Of a stretch of DNA of 56,459 nucleotides, positions 20,801-29,917 are shown one piece after another. The translations under genes and the position numbers were made by a program. The notes beneath the pieces are model-generated. The model was given only the letters and a program-made list of their open reading frames with translations. It was not told where the DNA came from and did not search any database. Position 1 is the first letter of the stretch. Each line of letters opens with the position of its first letter. The stretch is taken from positions 1 to 56,459 of the IMG/VR virus record IMGVR_UViG_3300044617_001663, one strand, 5' to 3'. The stretch is from a virus. Lineage: Duplodnaviria > Caudoviricetes.

Positions 20801-22141
20801 ATGGCAATTCATATAAATGTAGGTGAAAGTTCTTACAAGGAACTTTCCAACGTATATTTAAAACAAATCGACTCTTATACGGAAATTTGCAAAGTATATA
20901 TTTGCACAGGACCAAATCAGTATCAATTACTTTTTGATGTGTGTGAAACAATTCCTTGCGAAGAATCAGATGAAGAATGTGATGATTGTTTGCCTACTTG
21001 GTCAAGTTTTCATGATGAATTATTGTTATCCACTGATGGACCAGAACCAGTAGGAATAACAAAACTCATATGCCCAACAACCCAGTGTGCACATGGTGCA
21101 GGTGATGATATATTCACATTAGATACAACTTGCATGGATGACAACATTTGTTGTAATTGCGGATTTGATATTTTTGGTGTCAGAATAGAACCAGAAGCAT
21201 GTGTTCCTCTTGTTGATATAAATTGTCCATGTTTAAAATTAGATAGTACTTCATGTTCTGGTTTGCCAAAATATATCAGAAATACTTGTCAAGCATATGT
21301 TTGGACTGCTCTTGGTGGAGATTTACTTGAAGGTAAAACTTCCTCTTGTAAATCATGTATAGATTCCACCAGAACTATTGTTGGTAAATGCTGTAGAAAT
21401 GGAAGAAGATATTCTTATATTAAAGAAGCAACATGGATCAAAGATCCAACCAGCGAAAGTGATTGCGGAATAAAAAGAAATTGTTTTGCTTTTGAATATC
21501 TTTCTGCAATATACCCAGATGAAAGTATCGGTATAATTGATTATGGATATGGATTTGATATAGAAAAAATATTTTCTGAAGGTGGTATTGCAGGAGGCGG
21601 TCCCGGAGGACCAATAACTATATGCCCTAACATTGAAGAGGGAATAGATGAAAGTTTTTACTGTGCATGTTTTCCAAATTGCTGCAATACATTTTGTATA
21701 GGACAAGAATGTACACAAGAAGCAAGATGTGAAGCTATGTGTAATCCTATAAATAATTGTAGTCAATTTAATAATGTATATCAATCTTTATATAATCAAT
21801 CATTTGATGAATATAAATGTCAATATTGTTCTACAGTAGAAAACGATCCTTGCGGTTGTAATAGTCCACCACCACCAGAAGGATGCGATATCTGTGTCAA
21901 AAATCCTTGTGGTACAGGATGTTATGTGTCTTGTTCAGAAGGACCAATAAATTGGTGTGATTATTTCTGTACTACTCCAAATGAAATAAATTGGAGTTGT
22001 ATATTTCAATCTGCAGGACTTCCAAACGATGCTACACAATTGTTATTAATTTTAAGAAATCTCGGTTGTCCTTGTGCTCCGGATTTTGATACATGTAACG
22101 ATATTTGTTATAATTCATTTGGAACTAATGATGCAAATTAA
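20801..22141 (+). CDS. Cysteine-rich protein, putative fibre-tip adhesin
   Basis: About 49 Cys in 446 aa (manual count). The N-terminus resembles fibre-tip docking repeats. Directly follows the fibre gene. Confidence 0.45.
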   Translation: MAIHINVGESSYKELSNVYLKQIDSYTEICKVYICTGPNQYQLLFDVCETIPCEESDEECDDCLPTWSSFHDELLLSTDGPEPVGITKLICPTTQCAHGAGDDIFTLDTTCMDDNICCNCGFDIFGVRIEPEACVPLVDINCPCLKLDSTSCSGLPKYIRNTCQAYVWTALGGDLLEGKTSSCKSCIDSTRTIVGKCCRNGRRYSYIKEATWIKDPTSESDCGIKRNCFAFEYLSAIYPDESIGIIDYGYGFDIEKIFSEGGIAGGGPGGPITICPNIEEGIDESFYCACFPNCCNTFCIGQECTQEARCEAMCNPINNCSQFNNVYQSLYNQSFDEYKCQYCSTVENDPCGCNSPPPPEGCDICVKNPCGTGCYVSCSEGPINWCDYFCTTPNEINWSCIFQSAGLPNDATQLLLILRNLGCPCAPDFDTCNDICYNSFGTNDAN

Positions 22142-22158
22142 AAAGAAAGGATTTTATA

Positions 22159-22515
22159 ATGCAAGTGAAACTGTCTGAAATTTATAATGCAATTGAACCT
22201 CTTAATAAACTTTCTGAAATGCCACTTCCAGTAGCAATTTCATATAAATTAGTAAAATTAGTTAAAAAATTAAGTGATGAAGTAGAAACAATAGAGAAAC
22301 TTCGTCAAAAATTAATAAAAAAACATGGAAAAGAAGATGAATCTGGAAATATTACTGTTACAGAAGAGAAAAAACAAGACTTTTTGAATGAATTTACAAC
22401 TTTACTTAGTTCAAAAATTAAAGTGGATTTTGAGCCTATCCCAGTAGAATCTCTAAAAGATATTACAATGTCCGTATCAGACATGGGTAGATTACACTTT
22501 ATTTTTAAAGAATAG
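22159..22515 (+). CDS. Small helical protein (DUF1617-like), possible fibre assembly chaperone
   Basis: L.KL....LPVAISYKL.K..K.L..E......R.KLIKK.G pattern, often found after phage fibre genes. Confidence 0.5.
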   Translation: MQVKLSEIYNAIEPLNKLSEMPLPVAISYKLVKLVKKLSDEVETIEKLRQKLIKKHGKEDESGNITVTEEKKQDFLNEFTTLLSSKIKVDFEPIPVESLKDITMSVSDMGRLHFIFKE

Positions 22516-22529
22516 TACATATTCCTTTG

Positions 22530-22537
22530 CATAAATA
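22530..22537 (+). promoter_or_regulatory. Late promoter CATAAATA for gp13
   Basis: Intergenic, followed by AAAGGAG and the ATG at 22556. Confidence 0.65.
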
Positions 22538-22555
22538 ATATGTAAAGGAGAAATA

Positions 22556-23374
22556 ATGCCTAACCTATCGTCCAGAGAAGCCCTAAAAGATTACTGTTTG
22601 CGTAGATTGGGGCATCCTGTAGTACAAGTAAACGTAGACGATGCTCAGATTGAGGATCGCATAGATGATGCTTTGCAATATTTTGCAGAGTATCATTTCG
22701 ATGGTACTGAAAGAGTTTATATTCAAAAACAAGTAACTCCTAAAGATGTAGAAAGAGGTTACTTTGATCTTACAGAGCCAACAGAAGCAGACGAAGAAAA
22801 AGGTATTAAAGCAGCACCAGCAATAGATGAAACTTCAAATAAAATAGTTTCTATTGTAAGAGTATTTCAATTGTACGATACTCTTGGCGGTACTGGTATG
22901 TTCGATGCTCGCTATCAAATCGCTCTAAACGACCTTTATGGGCTTAGAACAAACACCTATAGTCAATCTATGATTACGTATGATATCACTCGTAGGCACA
23001 TGGGATTATTACAAGATCTTTTGACTCCAGAGAAGCAATTAAGATTCAGTAGAGTTACAAATAAAGTCCATATTGATATGGATTGGAAAAACCAAACAAC
23101 TGTTGGTAACTATATTTTAATGGAAGGATATGCAGTCCTTGATCCTGAACAATATACAGAAATTTATAATGATATGGTTGTAAAAAAATATACAACAGCA
23201 TTGATTAAAGAACAATGGGGAATGAATTTGATGAAATTCAAAAATATCGAACTCCCCGGCGGTATTAGTATTGACGGAGAATCAATACTTGCAGAAGCTT
23301 TGAAAGATAAAGAAAGAATAGAAGAAGAAATACAACTTAAATGGGAACTACCTCCCGGATTCTTCATAGGATAA
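22556..23374 (+). CDS. gp13: Neck protein gp13
   Basis: SRE.LKDYCLRRLGHPVVQVNVDDAQIEDRIDDALQYFAEYHFDG; IKEQWG.NL.KF..IELPGG. Confidence 0.93.
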   Translation: MPNLSSREALKDYCLRRLGHPVVQVNVDDAQIEDRIDDALQYFAEYHFDGTERVYIQKQVTPKDVERGYFDLTEPTEADEEKGIKAAPAIDETSNKIVSIVRVFQLYDTLGGTGMFDARYQIALNDLYGLRTNTYSQSMITYDITRRHMGLLQDLLTPEKQLRFSRVTNKVHIDMDWKNQTTVGNYILMEGYAVLDPEQYTEIYNDMVVKKYTTALIKEQWGMNLMKFKNIELPGGISIDGESILAEALKDKERIEEEIQLKWELPPGFFIG

Positions 23375-23375
23375 A

Positions 23376-24074
23376 ATGGCACTTAATCCATATTTTGATA
23401 ACAAAAAAGTATTAGGAACGCAACGCTTGATAGATGATATGACTAGAGAAGTCATAAAGGCTACAGGTATAGATGTTATTTACATAGCAAAAACAACAGA
23501 TAAATTAGATGCAATATTCGGAGAGAATCCATTAGGAAAATTAAAAAATGCATTTACAATTGAAATGTATTCTCAAAATGTTAAAACATTTGATGGAAAT
23601 GAAAGAGATATAGTCACTAAATTTGGTATGGAACTTAAAGATAACGTATCTCTTTTGGTTTCTCGTAGTAGGTGGTACGAAGAGGCTTCCAAATTACCAG
23701 AAGATTTCCCAAATCGTCTACATCCAAGATTAAGACCTATGGAAGGCGATATTATCTTCTTACCATATGCTCCATCCTCAAGAAATCTTTATGAAATAAA
23801 GTTGGTAGAAAATGAAAATATGTTTTACCAACAAGGAGATTATTATACTTTCCGTCTTGATTGTGAACTTTACAAATATGATATGGGTGATATTCAAACT
23901 GGATTTGACGAGATAGACAAGTCAACTCAAGGAATCATTTCCACAATTACAGATTCAAATGGAACATATCAGATGAATACATTGCAACCAAATAACAATA
24001 CAGAGTTGCAAACTAACGGAAATGATTTCATAGACTTTACTGAAATAGATCCATTCTCTGAGGGAAGATACTGA
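23376..24074 (+). CDS. gp14: Neck protein gp14
   Basis: MALNPYF; G.DV.YI; KFG.E..D; RPMEGDIIFLP; FYQ.G; DFTEIDPFSE. Confidence 0.92.
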   Translation: MALNPYFDNKKVLGTQRLIDDMTREVIKATGIDVIYIAKTTDKLDAIFGENPLGKLKNAFTIEMYSQNVKTFDGNERDIVTKFGMELKDNVSLLVSRSRWYEEASKLPEDFPNRLHPRLRPMEGDIIFLPYAPSSRNLYEIKLVENENMFYQQGDYYTFRLDCELYKYDMGDIQTGFDEIDKSTQGIISTITDSNGTYQMNTLQPNNNTELQTNGNDFIDFTEIDPFSEGRY

Positions 24075-24727
24075 TGTTTACTACATTTTATTACGGAATA
24101 ACTAAAAAGGTAGTTTCATCATTTGGAACTCTATTCAATAACATTTATATTGTTAGGGAAAATAAAAAAATTAAAGTTCCATTAATATATTCACCAAAAG
24201 AAAAATTTATGCATCGTTTGAAAATGGATTTTGGTAAACAACAATTTCAAACCATTCTCCCGAGAATGGGATTTAGTATTTCTGGTCTTGGTTATGATGC
24301 AGAAAGAAAGAAAAATAGCACAAATAGAAAAATAAAAGATGTAATAAATGTAAATCAAGAAGTTAGTTTCAAATATCGTTATGAAGATGTTCCATATAGT
24401 ATTGCATTTGAATTATATGCTTATGTCAGAAATATAGATGATGGATTGCAAATTTTTGAACAAATAGTTCCATTCTTTACGCCTGAATTTACAATAACAG
24501 TAAAACCACAAATTTTAGAAAATTCTGCAGAAGAAAAAATTGATATACCAATAATTCTCAAACAAACTGCAATAAATGAAATATATGACGGCAGTTATAG
24601 CGATGATACAAGAGTACTAAATTTTAATATGTCTTTTGAAGCAAAAGTATTTTATCCAGGACCAGTAAAACAAGCGGAAGTAATCAAATTTATCGATATA
24701 GATATATTTGATATCAATCAACAATAA
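24074..24727 (+). CDS. gp15: Tail terminator / sheath stabiliser gp15
   Basis: FGTLFNNI; IKVPL.YSPKEKF; LPRMGF; DDGLQIFEQIVPFFTP. Confidence 0.9.
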   Translation: MFTTFYYGITKKVVSSFGTLFNNIYIVRENKKIKVPLIYSPKEKFMHRLKMDFGKQQFQTILPRMGFSISGLGYDAERKKNSTNRKIKDVINVNQEVSFKYRYEDVPYSIAFELYAYVRNIDDGLQIFEQIVPFFTPEFTITVKPQILENSAEEKIDIPIILKQTAINEIYDGSYSDDTRVLNFNMSFEAKVFYPGPVKQAEVIKFIDIDIFDINQQ

Positions 24728-24729
24728 CC

Positions 24730-24912
24730 ATGGAAAAGACACCACTAACAAAATTAAACATATATCCTGTTGTATACAGAAAAGATACTGATGGTAATAT
24801 AGTATTAGATACACATGGAAATAAAATAATAGATAAATCATATCAAGAAATTAATATGAATGATGATTACGATATAATTGTTCAATACATTAGTTTAACA
24901 GAAATTAAATAA
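24730..24912 (+). CDS. Small protein, possibly the detached C-terminal segment of gp15
   Basis: 60 aa filling the gp15-gp16 gap; 'INMNDDYDI' recalls the DD(F/Y) motif near the end of longer gp15 proteins. Confidence 0.45.
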   Translation: MEKTPLTKLNIYPVVYRKDTDGNIVLDTHGNKIIDKSYQEINMNDDYDIIVQYISLTEIK

Positions 24913-24913
24913 T

Positions 24914-25360
24914 ATGAGTGATATAGATTCAAAATTGAGTGAAGAATTTGATTTGCCTATTGATAATAGTTCTATGATGAAACAAATTATGGAACCAAAA
25001 GAGATAGTTGCTGTAACTCCACAAACAGATTTAGAAAAAGATTATACTGATATTCGCCGTAATATCAAAAATATAATTTCAAAAGGATCTGAAGCAATTG
25101 ATGGAATATTGAATTTGGCATCAGAAACAGAATCTCCAAGAGCATACGAAGTTCTTTCTCAAATGATAAAAACTGTATCTGATGCAAATAAAGATCTTCT
25201 TGAAATTCATAAGAAAATGAAAGATATAGAAGGCGTATCAACACAAAATCAAAATGCATCCACTATTACAAATAACTCAATATTTGTTGGAAGTACTTCA
25301 GACTTGCAAAATATTTTAAGAGGAAAGATGAAAGAGTTAGATACTCTTGGTGATGAATGA
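24914..25360 (+). CDS. gp16: Terminase small subunit gp16
   Basis: DY...R.N....I.KG..AIDG.L..A.E.ESPRAYEV; TNNSIFVGSTSDLQ. Confidence 0.93.
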   Translation: MSDIDSKLSEEFDLPIDNSSMMKQIMEPKEIVAVTPQTDLEKDYTDIRRNIKNIISKGSEAIDGILNLASETESPRAYEVLSQMIKTVSDANKDLLEIHKKMKDIEGVSTQNQNASTITNNSIFVGSTSDLQNILRGKMKELDTLGDE

Positions 25361-26991
25361 ATGAAAAAGAAAGTTATTTAGGAAATAGCAATCTTAAAAA
25401 ATCAAATGTAAAAGTATCTTTCACACAGGATCAAATTACTGAATATGCAAAGTGCATGAAAGATCCTATATATTTTATTAAAAAATACATTAAAATTGTA
25501 AATGTTGATGATGGTCTTATTCCATTTGAAACTTATCCATTTCAAGAAAATCTGATCAATACAATAAATGACAATAGATTTACAATAGCAAAAGTTCCTC
25601 GTCAGATGGGTAAATCAACTTGCATAACTGCATATTGTTTACACCAAGCGACTTTTGCTCCAAATCAAAATATAGCAATTTTGGCAAATAAAGAAAAGAT
25701 TGCAAAAGATCTTTTACATAAAATTAAAGTTGCTCACGAATTTATGCCAAAATGGTTACAACAAGGAATAGTAGAATGGAACAAGGGTTCTATTCTTTTT
25801 GAGAATGGCTCTAGAATTGTTGCGTCGGCTACGTCATCTAGTGCCATTCGTGGTGGTTCTTACAATCTTATCGTCCTTGACGAGTTTGCCTACGTTGCTC
25901 CAAATATTGCTGATGAGTTTTATAGTTCAGTTTATCCTACAATATCATCAGGTAAGCAAACTAAAGTTGTAATCATTTCCACACCTAAAGGACTAAATCT
26001 TTACTATAAGATGTGGATAGAAGCCGTTGAAAAACGAAGCATGTTTGTTCCTTTTGAAGCACATTGGTCTGAAGTTCCCGGTAGAAATACAGAGTGGCGT
26101 GAAACACAAATTCGTAACATTGGTGAAGAGATGTTTAAAGTGGAGTTTGAATGTGACTTCATTGGATCCACAAACACTTTAATTTCAACAGCAAAACTAA
26201 AATCTTTAGCATTTAAAACCCCCATTTACAAAACAAATGATGGATTGTGTTTATATGAAAAACCATATAGGGATGAAAAAGATCCTAAAAATAATCATAC
26301 TTATGTAATGACAGTAGATACTTGTCGGGGAGCCGGTGGAGACTTTCATGCTTTTTGTGTAATTGATATTACAAAATCTCCATATAAAATTGTTGCCACA
26401 TTTAAAAATAATGAAATATCTCCATTACTATATCCAAATATTATAGTTCCTGTGGCGAAACAATACAATAATGCTTATATTTTAGTCGAAATTAATGATA
26501 TCGGCGGACAAGTTGCGGATCTTATTCATAATGAATTTGAATATGAAAATTTACTCATGTCTACCATACGAGGAAGAAAAGGACAAACTTTAGATGGGGG
26601 ATTTGGTGCAAGTCAAACACAACTCGGTCTAAGAACCACAAAAGCAGTGAAAAGATTAGGATGTTCTATATTAAAATCTTTGATTGAAGGTGATAAATTA
26701 ATTATTGAAGATTATAATATAATCAATGAATTAGTTTCTTTTATTTCTAGAAATAATAGTTTTGAAGCAGATATGGGTCACCACGATGATCTTGTAATGT
26801 GTATGGTTCTTTTTTCGTGGTTGACCACCCAAAATTATTTTAAAGATTTAACAAATATGGATATTCGAAAGAATCTGTTTCAGGATAAAATGGAAAATTT
26901 GGAAGAAGAAGTAACTCCTTTTGGATTTGTAGAAGATGGCTCACAAGAGCAAGGATTTTATGATAATAATGGAATTTTTTGGAAATATTAA
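25357..26991 (+). CDS. gp17: Terminase large subunit gp17
   Basis: YLGN.NLK; Walker A PRQMGKS; Walker B IVLDEFA; ISTPKG; nuclease HDDLVM. Confidence 0.97.
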   Translation: MNEKESYLGNSNLKKSNVKVSFTQDQITEYAKCMKDPIYFIKKYIKIVNVDDGLIPFETYPFQENLINTINDNRFTIAKVPRQMGKSTCITAYCLHQATFAPNQNIAILANKEKIAKDLLHKIKVAHEFMPKWLQQGIVEWNKGSILFENGSRIVASATSSSAIRGGSYNLIVLDEFAYVAPNIADEFYSSVYPTISSGKQTKVVIISTPKGLNLYYKMWIEAVEKRSMFVPFEAHWSEVPGRNTEWRETQIRNIGEEMFKVEFECDFIGSTNTLISTAKLKSLAFKTPIYKTNDGLCLYEKPYRDEKDPKNNHTYVMTVDTCRGAGGDFHAFCVIDITKSPYKIVATFKNNEISPLLYPNIIVPVAKQYNNAYILVEINDIGGQVADLIHNEFEYENLLMSTIRGRKGQTLDGGFGASQTQLGLRTTKAVKRLGCSILKSLIEGDKLIIEDYNIINELVSFISRNNSFEADMGHHDDLVMCMVLFSWLTTQNYFKDLTNMDIRKNLFQDKMENLEEEVTPFGFVEDGSQEQGFYDNNGIFWKY

Positions 26992-27015
26992 TAAAATAAT
27001 AGAAAATCGATTTTT

Positions 27016-27023
27016 TATATATA
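27016..27023 (+). promoter_or_regulatory. Late promoter variant TATATATA for gp18
   Basis: Intergenic; the same variant precedes the gp67-like gene and gp23. Confidence 0.55.
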
Positions 27024-27064
27024 ATTGAGACATATACTGAAAATATTCAAGAAGGAGAATCACG

Positions 27065-29071
27065 ATGGGATTCCAAGTTAGCCCCGGTGTAGAAATTAAA
27101 GAATTCGATTTAACAGCCATCGTTCCTGCTGTTACAACAACCCCTGCTGGTTTCGTAGGAGCCTTTGAGTGGGGTCCTACAGAGCAAAGAGTTTTAATAA
27201 ATAGCGAAAAAACTCTAAGAGAAACATTTTTTAAGCCATCTAGAAATGAATTTTATTCAACTTCTTGGTTTGTTGCCCAAAACTTTTTAACATATGGCAG
27301 CAATTTACTTGTTGGAAGAGTTCTCTTAGATAATGATACAAATGCATTCTGCCCTGGTTCTAATTGGAGAGATGCATCAGGAAATGTTACAATTCCTTCA
27401 GGCGAATCAGTATTAATCAAAAATAGACAAGATTTTGAAGAATTATACGGTGAAAAAATCAAAGGAACTTGGGATTTCACCTTTGCTGCAAAATATCCAG
27501 GTCTTCTTGGAAATGGTATTAAAGTAATTGTTTATGATATCAAAGAAGATCAATTTGATAGAGATAATTTATCATCAACTGTTTGGGGTCAAAGATCAAT
27601 AGATCCAGAAGATGCAGATATTATCATAGGATATGTAAACAAACAAGCCCCAAATACAAGTTCATATGCTGCAAATATACTTGCTGGTGCAGAGGATGAA
27701 ATACACGTAGTTGTAGTAGACTCTTTAGGAAAAATTACAGGAAGTAAAAACACAGTATTGGAAACCTATTTAGGTCTATCTAAAGCTCCAAGTGCTAAAA
27801 ATCCAGATGGAAGCACAAATTATTGGAGAAATGTAATTAATAACAAATCTCTTTACATTTGGGCCGGTGAAAGTCCTTATCTTGAGGAAGTAGCAGAACT
27901 AGACCCATCAGAACCTAATCAAGTAGATAAACCAATAAGTGGTGGAGTTGCTAGTTCTGGTAAGCCACCTTTACAATTCTATGGTGCAATAACAGGAGAA
28001 AAAGCACAAAAAATAGGAGAAAATTATAATTTAATTCTTTCCGCAACTACAGGTCACATCGACTGGGATGAAGAAGTTAGTATATCTTTCCCATATGATA
28101 GATGTGGTATTATGGTCCACGAATTGGATTATGGTACATTAACATCAGTCGTTACTTCTGGTGATAGAATGGATGCAGAAGCAAATGTTGCCGCAACATT
28201 TGAACAATTATTCGGTGATACTGAAGAAGTTGACGTATCACTACTCATCGCTGGTGATTTGAGAAATGAAGTAAACAACAATACAATAATTGCTTTGGCA
28301 GAGAAAAGAAAGGATTGCGTTACATTCGTTTCTCCATCTACCAGTGCAATAATTGAAGCAGCACCAGCAGACAGAGCAAATATAGTATTGAGTTATAGAA
28401 ATGGAACAGATGGATATGTTGGAATAACATCATCTTCATACGCAGTCATGGATAGCGGTCCAAAGTATCAATATGATCGTTACAATGACCGTTTCATATA
28501 CGTTCCAATGTGTGGTGATATCGCAGGATGCTGTGTAAGAACAGACACAACGAGAGATCCTTGGTATTCGCCTGCAGGATATGATCGTGGTCGTATCAAC
28601 AATATCGTTAAATTGGTTTACAATCCAAATAAGGAAGAACGTGATTTACTATACCAAAAAGGTGTAAATCCTGTAGTAACTTTCCAAGGATCTGGTGCAA
28701 TTCTTTTCGGTGATAAGACTCTTCAATTGAAGGCATCTGCTTTTGATAGAATCAATGTACGCCGTCTCTTCATCGTTCTAGAGAAGGCAATTGCAACAGC
28801 AGCCAAGTTCCAATTGTTCGAATTCAACGATGCATTCACTCGTAATCAATTCAGACAATTAGTTGAACCATTCCTCCGTGACGTACAAGGTCGTAGAGGC
28901 ATCAGTTCATACGCAGTTGTTTGCGATGAAAGCAACAATCCTCCAAGCATAATTGATTCTAACCAATTCGTTGCTGACATCTTTGTTGCTCCTGCTCGTA
29001 GCATCAATTTCATTAAGTTGAACTTTGTTGCTACACCAACAGGAATACAATTTGCTGAATTTGGTGGATAA
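27065..29071 (+). CDS. gp18: Tail sheath protein gp18
   Basis: FQVSPGVEIKEFDLT; PWYSPAG..RG; FGDKT; SAFDRINVRRLF; PARSINFI.LNFVAT. Confidence 0.97.
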   Translation: MGFQVSPGVEIKEFDLTAIVPAVTTTPAGFVGAFEWGPTEQRVLINSEKTLRETFFKPSRNEFYSTSWFVAQNFLTYGSNLLVGRVLLDNDTNAFCPGSNWRDASGNVTIPSGESVLIKNRQDFEELYGEKIKGTWDFTFAAKYPGLLGNGIKVIVYDIKEDQFDRDNLSSTVWGQRSIDPEDADIIIGYVNKQAPNTSSYAANILAGAEDEIHVVVVDSLGKITGSKNTVLETYLGLSKAPSAKNPDGSTNYWRNVINNKSLYIWAGESPYLEEVAELDPSEPNQVDKPISGGVASSGKPPLQFYGAITGEKAQKIGENYNLILSATTGHIDWDEEVSISFPYDRCGIMVHELDYGTLTSVVTSGDRMDAEANVAATFEQLFGDTEEVDVSLLIAGDLRNEVNNNTIIALAEKRKDCVTFVSPSTSAIIEAAPADRANIVLSYRNGTDGYVGITSSSYAVMDSGPKYQYDRYNDRFIYVPMCGDIAGCCVRTDTTRDPWYSPAGYDRGRINNIVKLVYNPNKEERDLLYQKGVNPVVTFQGSGAILFGDKTLQLKASAFDRINVRRLFIVLEKAIATAAKFQLFEFNDAFTRNQFRQLVEPFLRDVQGRRGISSYAVVCDESNNPPSIIDSNQFVADIFVAPARSINFIKLNFVATPTGIQFAEFGG

Positions 29072-29085
29072 TTTATTAAAAAGGA

Positions 29086-29093
29086 TATAAATA
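29086..29093 (+). promoter_or_regulatory. Late promoter TATAAATA for gp19
   Basis: Exact consensus in the gp18-gp19 gap. Confidence 0.8.
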
Positions 29094-29116
29094 AAAGAGG
29101 AAAATAGGAGAAATAA

Positions 29117-29875
29117 ATGGCAGACTCATCAATCAATTCCTTCATGTCGGCATTTGACGGCGGCGCAAAACCAAATCTTTACTCTGTAAATGTTTCTTGC
29201 CCTGCCCTTGGTAATGCTTTTCAAAATCTTCAGTTCTTTTGTAGAGCAACCACTCTCCCTTCCTCACAATTAGGAGAGATTGTATTACCATATCTTGGTC
29301 GTATGGCTAAGTATCCCGGTGACCGTTTTTATGATCCATGGTCAATTACTGTAATCAATACTCAAGACATGCAATTAAGAAAAGTATTTGAATATTGGAA
29401 TGAATTGTTTAATTCACATGCAGGAAACGTTTCTGCATCAACAAATCCAAGACAACTTTTTGGTGGTGCAACAATTACACAATTGGCTCGTAATTATCAA
29501 CCAGTTCGTTCATATTTCTTAGCAGAAGTTTATCCTTCAGCAATAAGCCCAGTCGGAATGGGTTTCGCTGATGATAACGTAATATCAGAATTTGAAGTTA
29601 CATTAACATATTCATATTTCATCACAGATACCTCTGCTGCAGTCAATGGGGTTGGAATATTCAGCGGAAATCCACTTGCCAATCCCGGAGCAATTGGTGG
29701 TGGCGCTCCTGCTGGCGCAATTCCTGCATTCGGTGGTGTAGGTGGTCTAGGTGGAGGATTTGGTCTACCTGGAGCATTTGGACAATCCAGTTCAGGTGGC
29801 TTCTCTTTCCAAAATAAGAACTTCGGATTCAGCATTGGCGGAAGCAATTCCAGCTTTGGTTCAGGTATAGGATAA
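29117..29875 (+). CDS. gp19: Tail tube protein gp19 with a Gly/Phe-rich C-terminal extension
   Basis: GGAKPNLY; F.CRAT.LP.S.LG.I..PY.GR..K.PGDR....W..TV.N; EFEVT..Y.YF, then ~84 extra residues. Confidence 0.93.
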   Translation: MADSSINSFMSAFDGGAKPNLYSVNVSCPALGNAFQNLQFFCRATTLPSSQLGEIVLPYLGRMAKYPGDRFYDPWSITVINTQDMQLRKVFEYWNELFNSHAGNVSASTNPRQLFGGATITQLARNYQPVRSYFLAEVYPSAISPVGMGFADDNVISEFEVTLTYSYFITDTSAAVNGVGIFSGNPLANPGAIGGGAPAGAIPAFGGVGGLGGGFGLPGAFGQSSSGGFSFQNKNFGFSIGGSNSSFGSGIG

Positions 29876-29891
29876 TAAGAAGTAATATACT

Positions 29892-29899
29892 CCTACATA
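29892..29899 (+). promoter_or_regulatory. Candidate late promoter variant CCTACATA for gp20
   Basis: Same spacing to the SD as other late promoters here; lies inside an RBS-occluding hairpin. Confidence 0.45.
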
Positions 29900-29917
29900 T
29901 AACTGAGGAGTTATATT

